Assembly (NCBI GenBank): GCA_054600435.1
Contig: BAAIJX010000010.1
Coordinates: 186,001-250,000, forward strand
Source: Neophaeotheca triangularis
Lineage: Eukaryota
DNA length: 64,000 bases
Reading direction: 5' to 3'
This document shows, piece after piece, positions 25,288-37,421 of this stretch (positions are counted from its first letter, which is position 1; each line of letters begins with the position of its first letter). The notes beneath the pieces were generated by a model, which was not told where the DNA came from, searched no databases, and was given only the letters and a program-made list of their open reading frames with translations. The position numbers were made by a program, and so were the translations under genes.

Positions 25288-26523
25288 TCAAGCCCTCGAC
25301 AAAACCTTGACAACCCACTCAAAACCCCCAACACTCTCCGGAAGCTTAAAAGCCTGCGCAAGCGGAAAACAATGCATCTGCTTGTCCCACTCCAACCACT
25401 CGCCCTCTATCCCAGCATTCCTGCACTTCTCGCGAAACAACACGGCATCGGGCGATAAAATATCGTAACCACCCGTCAGGCCGTGGACTTTGACAGCGCG
25501 TTTTTGTAGCGCGGTGAGGTCGGAGTTGAGCGGTGAGACGCGCGGGTCCCAGGCGTCCCAGTCGCCGCGCCAGGCGCGAGCCGTGGCGTCCACGAACCAT
25601 TGACGAAGGATCGGGTCGTGGGGTTCGATGGATGGGATTGCGGGATTTGAGCGGCGGAGGTCGGTGGAGGGTGCCATGACGAAGAGGACGGAGGGCAAAG
25701 GGGCGAGTTGGGGGTCATCGGAGTTGCTGCGCAGGGCGTGGAGGGGGAGGCAGAGGGCGAGGTTACCGCCGCTGCTGTCACCGCCGAGGATCACGTGTTC
25801 GTTTGCCGCGGCGGATTGGGCGAGCAAGGTTGTGTAGTTTGCGTAGAGTTGGGAGAAGCAGGAGGAGGCGGGGCTGTTGGGCGCGAGCGGGTAGGAGATG
25901 ATGGAGATGGTTAGGTCTGGAATGCGGCGTGCGAGGGCTAGAATAAAGGACCAGTGTTCGCTGCTTGGGGACATTTGCCAGCCGCCGCCGCAGTAGTAGT
26001 ACATGCGGCGCGTACGGGGAGGTGGTCTGGGGGAGTGGGGTTTCTCGTTACTGCTGGAGGTGCCAGAACGCGGGCTGGGTGAGCGGCCGCGGCGGGCGGA
26101 GCTGTCGTTTTGAAGCTGTGTCTGCTCTTGTGAACGGACATCGTAGACCCATATGCCTTCTACTCGTCTCTCCTCGACGGTGCAGTGTTTGTACGCTTTT
26201 TTGGGTATGTCAAGTTTGTTGCTGCCCTCTGGCATGATGGTTCTGGGTTTAGCGATTTTGCCGCCGAATGGTCGGAGCAGCTTGTGTAAGAGGAAGGTGT
26301 AGATTGAGCGGCGGGTTTCGTGGGTGATCTTGATAGAGGACGTGGCTTGCTGGAGCGGCGTTGGACCATTCTTGTGGCTTTTCGAGGCAGTCGTTGGGGC
26401 AGATGGTTTGGCCGTTATCGGATCGACGGAGGAATACGTGGATTCGGGAAGGGCATTGGAGTTGTGGGTGGCTTGAGGCAGCGTAGAGGTGTTGGAAGGT
26501 GGAGGTTGTTCTTGGTCGTCCAT
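25288..26523 (-). CDS. Alpha/beta hydrolase, HSL-like (Abhydrolase_3) esterase/lipase
   Basis: CGGGW oxyanion-hole region, YPLAP, nucleophile GDSSGG, DIL (Asp), MHCF (His). Confidence 0.9.
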   Translation of the reverse strand: MDDQEQPPPSNTSTLPQATHNSNALPESTYSSVDPITAKPSAPTTASKSHKNGPTPLQQATSSIKITHETRRSIYTFLLHKLLRPFGGKIAKPRTIMPEGSNKLDIPKKAYKHCTVEERRVEGIWVYDVRSQEQTQLQNDSSARRGRSPSPRSGTSSSNEKPHSPRPPPRTRRMYYYCGGGWQMSPSSEHWSFILALARRIPDLTISIISYPLAPNSPASSCFSQLYANYTTLLAQSAAANEHVILGGDSSGGNLALCLPLHALRSNSDDPQLAPLPSVLFVMAPSTDLRRSNPAIPSIEPHDPILRQWFVDATARAWRGDWDAWDPRVSPLNSDLTALQKRAVKVHGLTGGYDILSPDAVLFREKCRNAGIEGEWLEWDKQMHCFPLAQAFKLPESVGGFEWVVKVLSRA

Positions 26524-26634
26524 GTTGCTGGGGGGTTAGGTCTTGTCTGTAGTGGTTGTAGTAATCCACGTTTGGCCTGTTGTTAGAGGTGAGAGAAGAG
26601 GGTGTGTGGAAGAAAAACAGAATGGGTCAAGATG

Positions 26635-26704
26635 GTAGTAGTCATAGACATAGACATAGTCGTAGTCGTAGTCGTAGTCGTAGTTGTAGTCGTAGTCGTA
26701 GTAG
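26635..26704. repeat. Imperfect hexanucleotide microsatellite (GTAGTC/ATAGAC)n, ~110 bp upstream of the esterase ATG
   Basis: gtagta gtcata gacata gacata gtcgta gtcgta gtcgta gtcgta gttgta gtcgta gtcgta read directly. Confidence 0.9.
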
Positions 26705-27203
26705 TTAGGATGTACTAGGAGGTAGAGACTAGGTAGAGACGGCACGGGTATGCCTGGACCTGGACCGCCTCAATAATTCCATGTCCGAGAAGTCAGAAGT
26801 TACCTAGAACGTCATGGACCCTGAAATGATCCAGATCTGAAATGGATCCATGCACTGTCGACGATACTAGTAGCCCACCCACCCTATAGGTGCTGTGCTG
26901 TACTGTATGTGGAGATTGGAGAGCCGACTTTAGAGTCTGGACCTTTGACTTTCCACCTCTCAAAGTCTTTACTTTAAGCATAACATACCAAATCATCAAT
27001 ATATCTGCACTATTTACTACCTTTGTCTCTACGACGAAAACATTGCATTGTTGCACACAAATCATCGAAGCATCTCCGAAAGACATGGGATATTGTATCC
27101 TCTCAAATGTACACTACATCACCTTGTAGACAAACTCCAATCTAACCAAAACCAAAACGATGTCTACAGGAATACACCAAATCCCAGTACTTGCCCCAGT
27201 CTT

Positions 27204-29261
27204 TCAATCAAAATCGTACTCACTAGGATCCTCCTCGATAACCAACCGACTCGCCTGCTCATCCTCATCCTCCATTCGTTTCTGCTCCCGACTCCCTTGC
27301 ACCTTGACGTAAACCACCAACATGACGCCAAACAACAGCCCTAAACCCGCCATGAAAGCATTAGTAGGAATAGGGTTGTCGTTGAAAACATCATGCGTAG
27401 CGGCGTCAATTGCCGGCTGGAACAAATTCACCAACCCGGAAAAGCAGATGATGGTGCCGTAGACGCGCCCGAAAGTCGCGAACCCAAAGACTTTGGCCGC
27501 GTAGTCGGACATTGCGCTGTAGTAGAGCGGTCGCAGCAGGACGAAGAGGACGACGTTGACGTAGCCCGCCCAGGCGTAGGGGAGCGAGCCGAAGAGGCCA
27601 ATGGCGGTTGTCATGGCCACGAGGATGGCGAGCAGGTTGCCCGTGCTGATGGAATCGAGGAGAAAGCCGATGACGGGTGTTGCAGCTACGCCTCCTATAG
27701 GTAGTGCGACGTCGAAGAAGGTGTTGATGCGGCGGGCGGCGTGTTGGGAGCCCAGCATGTAGGTGTATTGGGCTTCGATTGTTGCAATGAAATAGTTCAT
27801 ACGCAGCATTTGAAGCACGGTTAGGAGGGTTATGAGGATGAACCAGGGGGAGAGCATTTGCTCGTGCGCGGCCTTGCCGTGGAGGACACCCCAGACACCG
27901 CTTGTCTGTGGAGGTGTGAGTATTCAGATTCCTTTACTGCGCGTAATCATAGTATGAGGCATCACTTACGTGGTGGACCTCCTCTTCGTGCTCTTCTTTG
28001 GCCTTGCGGTCGTTTACGTCCCCAATCAACGATTCAATCTCAGTCAGCTTCGACTCCCGGCGAACTCTCCGCTGCCTACGCAAACGGGCGACTTCGCCGT
28101 CGCTGTCAATCTCGTCGTCCGAGTCGTGGACCTATAGACTGTTAGCAAAACCCGCTATCCAAAACCCGCCGAGGAGAAAAAGGCAGGCTTACATCACGAG
28201 TGGTGTCCTGAGCCTTTTCAATCTTCTCCTCCAATTGAGTGATAGTCTTGTAACCATCCCTCGGCATTACAAATATCTGAGCTAGCAGTATGAGCGCTGG
28301 CACGATTAGATATCCAAAGAAGAATTTATCAGGCGTAAATTTCTGGCCCGAGCCATCGTACACAATACGGAAAAGCAGAAAGACCGCGGCACTCGCATCG
28401 AACGCTCCAGTGACAGTCGCTACAATAGTTCCCTTCAAGAACGTCAGCACGGTCATCTCAACGACTGCCAATTGGCACATTGCCCAAACTCACCGAAAAC
28501 TTGGGAAAGGCATTCGCAATTGAAAAGGATGGTACAAAGATGAAAGTCCCGCCGAGCGCCAGGAAGATGTTGCCAGCAATGTAGCCGTCAAACTCCGGGA
28601 TGTAAAAGGCATACGCCATGAGTAAGCTACCAATGGCCAGACAGACACTACCAATGATGGCGCAAAGCCTCGGACCGTAGCGATCGAGAATGGTGCCCAC
28701 GGGCAGGGCTGAGACATTGCACGTGGTGCTGGCAATGGCAAAGAAAAGGTTCAGCCTCAAGTCCTGTTCGTAGCACAGCTTCACGTCCAATTTGATTTCC
28801 TCCGGCGTGCACATTTCGCGGTAGACTCCCTGGTCGACCAGAATCGGCTTCAAGGCGGCGAAGCCAAAAACAATACCACTGGCCAACCAACATGCCAGCA
28901 CCGTCACCGTGACTTGGGCGAAACGCCAGCTGGGGCTGACTTTCCACGCACTGATGCCGCCGGTGGGGTGGACGGCCTTGTTCGTGTCCTCGTGGGGTTT
29001 GGGGATGGCATCGTAGGAGATTACACGGCGGATCGACTTTACGCTGCCGTATCCGCCATATTGGCCGCCAGCGTAGCCGCCGGCAAAGCCGTTGGCGTTG
29101 TTGTTGATGCTGCCATAATTTGGTTGAAAATTGGGGCGGAAGGGCACGCTCGCGCTCTCACGTCTGTTGGAGAAGTTGTCGGGGCCGCCGCCACCGCCAA
29201 ATTGGGCTGGAAGTTCGCGGTCGGTGCCTTCGATGGAAGTGACACGCTGCACCAGCGACAT
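27204..29261 (-). CDS. FMP42: FMP42-like MFS transporter (SLC43/LAT3-like); exons 29261-28494, 28432-28193, 28131-27970, 27905-27204
   Basis: LASGIVFGFAALKPIL, ILDRYGPR, TGAFDASAAVF, SGVWGVLHG, QMLRMNYFIATI, RPLYYSAMSDY, FGFATFGRVYG; three canonical introns restore one frame. Confidence 0.88.
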
Positions 29262-30658
29262 AGGGGATCTTTCTAAAAATTCGGGCTGCTGCTTCTGTCG
29301 GAGTAAGTATTCGGATTCTTGCTGCTGTTATAGAGGCGTTGGACGGCGTCGAAAAGCGTGGAAGCGTAGAGGCGGCGATAGGCGCTGAGCTGGGTTGATA
29401 GCGACGGCGAAGAAGAGGCAAGAAAAGGTGCTGGAGCCGTGTTCTTGTGCTTGTTCTCGTTGTATTGTTAGCGCAGTGATACAGACGACAGGCCTGGGCT
29501 GGGTGGGTGCGAGGGGCGAGGGGGAGGCAAGCAGAAAGCGACAAGGTTAAGGGAAGAAGAATAATGGAAAGTACAGTAAGATGCCGAGTCCAAGCAAAGA
29601 CCGGTGATTTGTTCCAAATAGGAAGGGAAAAGGGACGGGACCGATCGATGGCAACTCGGCACGTGCCATACGGTATCCGCCCTATCGACTTTCTAGATTC
29701 CAACAGTCATGACAGTCTAGTACATTCAAGGTTATTCCACCTATCCTATCCTATGATTCCTACCTACCTTATCCCAAGTCAGGCACCCGGTGCATTCGCG
29801 TTGTAGAGCACACTATGCATTCCACTATAATTATTGCTAGTACCTCCTACCTACTAGTCTCTGGCAATCAAGGTCCGCTAAACACGACTAGAGGCAATCT
29901 CGCCAAGGCGGCGAAACGAGGGCATCATCTTCCTTATCGATACACCGGCTTCATTTTAAGTATTATTGGCAACTCTCCTGGTCCGTCCCTCCATCGGCCA
30001 CAGAGCCGGCCATCGACGACGCCCATCGTGAAGACAACCGAGGAGACAGTCCCGCTTTGTTGTGCACTCGAGTCGTGATTGAGCGGGTGGCCACCTCCGT
30101 CGCGTTTCACCGTTAAGTACTTGTATTGTTGAAAAGAATTGAATGGTCGCAGCCGCAGAACAATCAAGATTATTGAGGCAACGCCACCTCGGGCTGTATG
30201 CAGTGTCCGGTCGCAAGATGTGGGGCGCCATGCATGCCGGAGTGATGTGTCCTGGCAGTCTTCCTGAGGTGTTCAGGTCACCAACGAGCAAAGCGCCTGA
30301 AATTTCACCCATCGCAAGAGTACCGAAGAGCCTTTCGAGGGCTGCAAGTCTTTGCAGAAAAATTTTGCTGAGAGATATGAAGCTCCTTAAATGCATGCAT
30401 TCAAAGGGGTTGGAGCGGTGAAGCTCACGATCCGGTCAAAAGAGAAGCTAGCAAGAGACGAACCCCGAGCATCAGGTACCTGTTTGACAAAAGTATCTGA
30501 CCATGTGATAACGACAGCCAGATACACGGTTTTCTCGACTCATCCACCACAGCGATGCAATTCAACAGCCTCGCAGACCTCCGAATCTCTTCCCGTCGTG
30601 ACGCTGTTTCGACAAAGAAAGACCCCCTTCACCATGCCATCATACATACCAACCACTT

Positions 30659-31057
30659 TCAAATACAATTCAACCACCCACTAACCTCCCTCCACCTTCC
30701 CCCAGCGAAAACATCAACATCGACACAAGTCTCGCCCTTTTCCTTTCCAAGCTCCCACTCAACCACCTCGCTCGCCTCCCCGGCCCTGCAATTTGCCGTC
30801 CCGTAGTAGACCACAAAGGTGCACTGCGCGCATTCGACCTGACCTAGGGCGATCGATTGGACTAGCAGTGGTTGGCAGCTTGAGAGCGTGAGTTGCCCCG
30901 AGATGACCGGTTGCAGACTACAGTGCGGAGTTTGGTAGTGGGTTATGGTTGTGTTGAGCGGGATGGCGGCGTGTTGGCGTGGGTCGAGGGGCCGGGGTAG
31001 CGTGAGGGCTAGTGTCAGGGGAAGAGTAGTCAGGAGGGTTTGGAGGTGGTTGAGCAT
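30659..31057 (-). CDS. Small secreted cysteine-rich protein (132 aa, 7 Cys), effector-like
   Basis: Hydrophobic N-terminus MLNHLQTLLTTLPLTLALTLP, LDPR|Q Kex2-like site, 7 Cys, TATAAAAG ~120 bp upstream. Confidence 0.65.
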   Translation of the reverse strand: MLNHLQTLLTTLPLTLALTLPRPLDPRQHAAIPLNTTITHYQTPHCSLQPVISGQLTLSSCQPLLVQSIALGQVECAQCTFVVYYGTANCRAGEASEVVEWELGKEKGETCVDVDVFAGGRWREVSGWLNCI

Positions 31058-31173
31058 GTTGAAGAGCTTGGTCGTGTAAGTTTTGTTGGGCTTTTGCTTT
31101 GGTTGAGGAAGTGGGTTCAGAATCGGTTTGATGGATAATCGCCGCAAGAGACAAAGGTCGAGGTGCGCGTGCA

Positions 31174-31181
31174 CTTTTATA
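31174..31181 (-). promoter_or_regulatory. TATA box (TATAAAAG) for the small secreted protein gene
   Basis: Consensus match ~120 bp upstream of ATG 31057. Confidence 0.5.
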
Positions 31182-32654
31182 TTCGACGGGCATCGTACTG
31201 CAGTCTGGCTCCGCGGCGGATTATTGGGGAGCTGACCACTGACATGGCTGTGTTGGTGCGATCGGCTCTGCCTTTACCAGCTTTGTCCAGACGGGCAAAC
31301 GGCCGTGGATTATGGTTGCAAGCGTGGAGTACAATGACCCGTTCAAGAAGACCGAGGCCTGCGACAAGGTGACTCTGGTAGGCTGCATCGGTGAGCAGGA
31401 TGCCACCGTCTGACCGGTTTCGAAGCCGTGCTCGATACTGGAGCTCCAACCCTGGTCATTCGATAATGCCTACGAACAAGAGAGCCCGCGGCCTAGCCGG
31501 AAAGACACAGTAGCTGCAACAGTGCGGTTGCATGGCATGCTGGCCCCGCCGTATCATGAGGTCAGATGAACGACAGATAAACGCGATGATGGTACTGAGG
31601 CACGCCCGCGGCCGGCTGCTTACTCCGAGCGACTCTGCTTCGAGCAAGAGGTGAAGTGCGCACAAGCAAGATGGGTGGCGTTTTGATGCCGGTCTTTTCG
31701 TGAGTGTGGTGGTACTGTGAACGCTACGCGGGGGTTCAGGAGGAGGTTGACTCTGCTTTTAGAAGCATGACATGTTTGGTACCACGTCGGAGTGCGGTAC
31801 TGTGGCTTGCTCGAGGCTCTGAGCTAAGGATGGTGGTGCAAGACTCCGTAGCTTTCTCTCAGCGAACGGCTTTGGGAGATCAAGGCGCCAGATGACTTGT
31901 TTGTGAAAATATGCGCGTACGGGCCAGGGGCGCCAACACCTCCTTGGGTCAAATAAAGCCTAGTTCTTGGGACAAAAAGGTCGTCATAATGTTCAATAGT
32001 AGCGACATCTTCGTATCTCTCACACCCCATGAACGATACCCTAGGCCATCCGCAATAGCACGCATCGTGGAGGTAAGTGACCGAGAAATGCGATCTATGG
32101 TGATGGATGCTGCACTCGACCCAAACGACACTCACTGAGCGGGATCACTCAAAATACAGTCGAGTAGTCTCCAAGGAGGGAGCGCTTCTTTCCATCCCTT
32201 GTATACTCTACTCTCACATCTGGTGATGCTTTCGGCAACACGACCAGTAGAAGGTGAGGTGAGCTGTAGAACGCACAAGTGCACTCCATGTGAATTGCAC
32301 TATTGTAAGGAGCCACTTCGCAGCACGCCTTCTACAAAGCAAACTAACTCGGGACGCTTTATGACTCCTGCTCTTCGCCGCATGTTTGCTGCAAAAGGTG
32401 ATGGATGACCAAGCCAGGAGGGAACCTTGGAAGTTGGGCACGTCCGGGGCCGGGTCAAAGTTCGGCGAAGTTTCGGCGACAGTCAGAACGCCCGTGCTTT
32501 CCAAGGTTAAGCTCTGTGTGACAGAATCCGGGGTAACCACGTGAAACTTCTAAGGTTATGATCACTCACGAGAGCCGAGGCACCCGGCTATGGCATCTCA
32601 CATGCCTAGCTAGACAAGTACAATAGAACGCGACAAGATAGACTATCGTCCTCC

Positions 32655-32661
32655 TATAAAG
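32655..32661 (+). promoter_or_regulatory. TATA box (TATAAAG) for the nitronate monooxygenase gene
   Basis: Consensus match ~60 bp upstream of ATG 32716. Confidence 0.5.
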
Positions 32662-32715
32662 AACGCAATACAATACTTTACACATTCTCCCATTCCAACT
32701 AACAAGCAAATCAGC

Positions 32716-33956
32716 ATGCCTTTCAACACAGCACTAACCCGCAAGCTGGGGATCAAGGGTAAGCCAACTGAGCAACAACCCCCAACTCGACAAACTCACC
32801 AACTGACACCACCTCCTCAACAGTCCCCGTAGTCCAAGGTGGCATGCAATGGGTCGGCTACGCCGAACTCGCAGCCGCCGTTTCCAACGCTGGAGGCCTC
32901 GGAATCCTCACAGCCCTCACGCAACCCACACCCGAAGACCTACGCAAAGAGATCCGCCGCTGCCGGGGCATGACCAAGAACCCCTTTGGCGTAAACCTCA
33001 CCCTGCTGCCCGCGCTCAACCCCCCAGACTACCCTGCCTACGCCCGCGTCATCTTGGAAGAGGGTATCCGCATTGTGGAGACGGCTGGCAACAGCCCTGG
33101 ACCCGTCATCAAGCAGTTGAAGGAAGCCAGCCCGCCCTGTGTCATCTTGCACAAGTGTACCACTATCAGGCATGCGTTGTCGGCTGTGAAGTTGGGAGTG
33201 GATTTCCTGTCGATTGATGGCTTCGAGTGCGCTGGACATGTGGGTGAATCGGATATCACGAACTTCATCCTCCTGTCGCGGGCGAGGCAGACGATGCCCG
33301 TGCCTTTCATCGCTTCGGGAGGGTTTGCAGACGGTCAGGGGCTGGCTGCTGCGTTGAGTCTGGGGGCTGAGGGTATCAACATGGGTACCAGATTCATGTG
33401 CACAGTTGAGGCGCCAATTCACGAGAACATTAAGAAGGCGATTGTCGAGGCGCAGGAGACGGATACCGAGTTGGTTTTGCGGAGGTGGAAGAACACTTCG
33501 AGGTTGTTCAAGAACAAGGTTACCGAGGACGCTGTCAAGGTTGAGAGGGAGAGCACGACGGGCAAATTCGAGGAGATTGCGCCCTATGTGAGCGGGCAGC
33601 GGGGACGCAAGGTCTTTCAGAACGGTGACAAGGACTACGGTGTAAGTGTGCTTTACACCAGTCAACCACAACTCGGATACTAACGGTGTTTCCAGGTCTG
33701 GACTGCAGGCCAAGTCATCGGTCTCATCCACGACGTGCCGACATGCGAGGCTCTCGTCAGCCGCATCGAGAAGGAGGCCATCGAGACTCTGTCCACGGCC
33801 AACAAGTTGATTGTCGACCAGCAGCCGGAGCCGGATATTGTTGGAAAGGCCATTGGCGACACGACCTCAGACCCGAGAAGCGAGCACGGCAAGGTCCGGA
33901 GCAATGAGAACAACCCAGAGGCACAGGTCTGGGGCATTGGCAAGAGCAAATTATAG
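32716..33956 (+). CDS. Nitronate monooxygenase / 2-nitropropane dioxygenase (FMN-dependent) with C-terminal PTS1 SKL; exons 32716-32758, 32824-33641, 33696-33956
   Basis: LGIKVPVVQGGMQWVG, VSNAGGLG, DGFECAGH, IASGGFADG, GAEGINMGTRF, VWTAGQVIGLIHDVPTC; two canonical introns; ends GKSKL*. Confidence 0.92.
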
Positions 33957-34405
33957 ATGAAGGTCCTTTGGTTTGTATGTTCGTCTTGTAGAGCGTTAGA
34001 AGTGATGCTTTTTTCCAGGCACCGTTCACCATCCCTCTCATTCTTTTTCTCGTCAGCTATCTGTTCTAGTAACGGCTAAAGCAAAGACTTTTGAATCGCT
34101 CCTCCTCACGGCTAAGACAGAGTATCGTTACGACTTGCGAAACCGGTTGTCTCAACTCCCCAAAGTCGTCGTTTGAACAGAGGTGCGCCAGCGGTTAAAA
34201 GCGAGGCGCGGCATCCTTCGCTGCAGGGGTATAAGCTGGCGCCGCAGAAGCGAAGAACCTTGAGTCTGGACCCGCGATCAAACATCCTGGTCTGTATTTA
34301 TAGTGACGCGTCCCGATCACAACTACAATAATGCCATAGCGCAACATTAGAACCTCTTTGCGCGTCCCCAAGTGCGACTCCGATACGATCCCACAAAATG
34401 CCACC

Positions 34406-35171
34406 ATGATGCGACGATTCTTCACCATCACCCTGTGCACCCTCCTCACCCTAGCCTTGACCTTCATTCTCTACTGGGACATTACCAAAGCAACGGGGAC
34501 GTCGCTGATACCCTATACCAGCTGGTACGAAGCTCCTCCACTAGGCTCAATCGTCGGCGGTACCGACCTGGTACGTTGCAAAGACGACAATGGCGAGGAA
34601 TATCCCAACGCAGACGACCTGTTTGCGTTGTACGAGTTCATGATCCGCCCTGAAAACGTCAGGTCTTAGTATGTAGACAGAAGTTGGCACCGCATTGCTT
34701 TCAATGATATGCTAATGATTTGTCCTCGTAGCATCGGTGAAGCCGCCTTCCCACACAACACCGTGGTCGCAGTGACAGCAGTGGGACATTTCCTCTCCCC
34801 AAACATCAGCGCGAACGCCACAGCGTCGTTTTTCTATAGCTATGGCGGTGAAGAATTCAGGGTCCGGAGCGAGAAGCTTTCCGTTATCGTTGACATTTTC
34901 CGCGCTGACCAAGGCGTCCCTGACACGCGTTGGCCGCCCGAGGAGGGTTGGGCGATGATGATGGGGGAGTATGTGCCTCATGATGACTTGCGAGAGGTGA
35001 GTTCGATTGCGTTTCCGCGTGCGATGGTCTGTTTGCTAATGGGTACATGTGTAGGGCAAGTGGCATGTGCGACTTGAAGTCAGGGATGGCGTTGATGAGG
35101 ATGGTGAGGCAGATCTTCAGGTGGCCAGGATTTTTTGCGTCGAAGGGGAGATTGTGTATCGGCGGCCGTAG
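34406..35171 (+). CDS. Hypothetical signal-anchored protein, possibly divergent ML/NPC2-like lipid-recognition domain; exons 34406-34668, 34732-34996, 35055-35171
   Basis: N-terminal TM/signal segment; introns GTATGT...GCTAAT...TAG and GTGAGT...GCTAAT...TAG join three ORFs in frame; C-terminal GKWHVRLEV...IFCVEGEIVY resembles the ML-domain end. Confidence 0.65.
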
Positions 35172-36191
35172 GGTCATCAATATTTGAGATGGATGGAAGC
35201 GTAGGAGCCATGGATCGACGTTCCGAGAGCGATGCCCAGGGCGATGGCTTTGTGTTTCCAGGACCTGTCCGCTACGAGAAGCGAGCATCCATTCGTGAGT
35301 TCGAGGACGTCTTTTAACAGCTGCAGCACGCTTCTGACTGACCAAATCGTTCTCAGAGTTCCCGGCGCGGATCTCCAGGCATTTCCGCAAGCTACAAGTC
35401 GAAGAAGTGGAGGTGCAGATCTCGCTGCTCTCTAGTCATGTGAATGTGTTCGATACATATACCGAGAACTAAAGAACTGCCACGCAGCTACCTGTACTCT
35501 GAACAGAGGCTAGGCCAGGCGTACTTGGGAAACGAATGCTGCTACGTGTAAAGGACCATCGAGATTCCTGACGTTGCAATCACATCACAGTCTCAAATCT
35601 GCGATGCTTCACCGGCTGCCGTTGTGGCTTGTGCTACATATGTTGAAAGCTTTGCAGCCCAAGTCTTGGATGTCTCTTGGATATTTGTCTCCTTCCAACA
35701 GACGCCTGCTGAACGAGTTTATCCTCCCGAATGGACGAATCCATGGATACTAACTAAGGCTACCGGTTCTTCCCAAGCTGGCTTTCGTTGCGCAGACCAA
35801 TGTCATTGATCCACCACCGTGGGCTTCCTGAGCTCTCCGCGGCTTGCGTGCATACAGTTCGTAAGGTCATTACCTCTTAGGGAGGTCGAATTGCCAAGAG
35901 AGTACTTCTGGTCCATGCGCAGTCTCGTATTCCGTTTGCAGCCAATGCTGAGTGCAAGCACGGCTCAAGCTGAATTGTCTGCAGTCTTAGAGCCGGGGAA
36001 GCATGTGCGGCTTGGATATATGTCCACAGGTCCTTATTGCGAGCAAACTTTGTCAGAATCCACCCCGGGCACCCTATGCATAATAATTCTGCTGCAGCGA
36101 AAGGGGCCCGGTCGGGGAAGCCTAGCAATGCTCCTCCCCGGTGATGCAAAAGTCCCTTGGCCTTGGAAACATAGCCGACGTGGCTAGGACC

Positions 36192-37082
36192 CTACTTCTT
36201 TCCCTTCCTTTTCCCACCCTCCTTCCCCTTCTTCTCCTCTTCGACCACAAACCCGCCCTTGACTACAGCATCTCGAGCACACATGTTGATGAACCTAAAG
36301 CGATCGGGTCCCAATTGCACTCCGCCGTACCATCGCGTCACCACAACCATGACATCCCAGACACCCATTAACTCCAGTAAATGCAACATTCGGCCACCAG
36401 CAGCAGTCTCACCGTCGTCATCGCAATCTTGGAACTGCACGCCGTTCGGCCCCCGAATACGCCAGGCAGTCATATTGTGAGTAGCCTTGGCAACCTTCTT
36501 ATCCGAGTTCAAGAGATGCGCAAGATAAGATTTTGCCTGATCCACAGACTCCACAGCAGCAGCACGGGCAACAAAAACGGACTTTTTCTCAGAGATTGGC
36601 TCGGAAATTATCCAAGGCGGCGGGTCGGTCAAGGAATCGAGAGCCTGGTCTTCCGGGTCAATATAATAGCCGTTCGAAAAGTCGATATTGGGGTCTTCCT
36701 GACCACTCGCTTCAGTAGCTTGTTGCCCCTCGTCCCTTGCGCTCTGGTCCAAGCCGAGCTGCTCAAGCTTCTGATTGGTATCTTCGATAAGATCAAAGAT
36801 ACAAGGCTCGCCTGGACGATACACCTCTGCGAGGACGCCGCGAACGGCGTCGACGATTTTGGCACCTTCGCCTTTCGCAATGTCCGCGCCAACATGGTGG
36901 GTTCCGGTTACGCTTGGTGGCGTGTCGGGGTAGTCTGGGCTGAACTCTATGCTCACTGCGACTGTCGGTCGAGAAGGGAGTGTCAGGGCGTATGAGTGAG
37001 AGCCACTGGAGGTCTTCACGAGAGTCTCGTCGCCGTAGATGGAGTTTATGGATGTGACCTCGTCGTCCAGTGCTTCAGACAT
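36192..37082 (-). CDS. YIH1: IMPACT family protein (RWD + UPF0029), Gcn1-binding Gcn2 regulator
   Basis: DEVTSINSIYG, DYPDTPP (RWD); EKKSVFVA, ATHNMTAWR, QDCDDDGETAAGGRML, VVVTRWYGGVQLGPDRFRFI. Confidence 0.93.
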   Translation of the reverse strand: MSEALDDEVTSINSIYGDETLVKTSSGSHSYALTLPSRPTVAVSIEFSPDYPDTPPSVTGTHHVGADIAKGEGAKIVDAVRGVLAEVYRPGEPCIFDLIEDTNQKLEQLGLDQSARDEGQQATEASGQEDPNIDFSNGYYIDPEDQALDSLTDPPPWIISEPISEKKSVFVARAAAVESVDQAKSYLAHLLNSDKKVAKATHNMTAWRIRGPNGVQFQDCDDDGETAAGGRMLHLLELMGVWDVMVVVTRWYGGVQLGPDRFRFINMCARDAVVKGGFVVEEEKKGKEGGKRKGKK

Positions 37083-37264
37083 GATATCGTAAGTTGCCGG
37101 CCATCCAGAAGACTTTTGTCGCTGGAAACGCTCAAAGTCTTCAAAGCATCGCAAGCCACATCTAGCGTGAGCAGAGACGGCTGGGGGAATGGGAATAGAT
37201 ACAGTATCCCCTTCCTTGCTGGGGTTTAGATGTCGAGGTGTAGGAAGAGAAACGAGAAACTCGA

Positions 37265-37285
37265 GTCGCTGTCGCTGTCGCTGTC
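37265..37285. repeat. (GTCGCT)3.5 repeat within the ~340-bp divergent YIH1/PRP45 promoter
   Basis: Read directly from the sequence. Confidence 0.75.
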
Positions 37286-37421
37286 CTTATCTTATCGTTG
37301 CCAAGCCACTATCAAGCGCGAGTCATGTGGAAAGCGCGACCGCGGACCGTCACTTTCTGAGATTCTTCCACTCCTTCAACCTTCGACTTTAGCAACCAAC
37401 ACGATTACGCTCTTCACCGAC

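Noticed and set aside
31200..32650. Scattered ORFs suggesting a decayed gene or transposon
   Set aside because: No transposase or RT motifs, terminal repeats or RIP-like AT enrichment.
35200..36190. ORFs between the ML-like gene and YIH1
   Set aside because: Short, motif-free, mostly non-ATG starts.
37230..37421. N-terminal extension of PRP45 from ATG 37230
   Set aside because: Runs through the divergent promoter and GTCGCT repeat; conserved sequence begins near ATG 37422.
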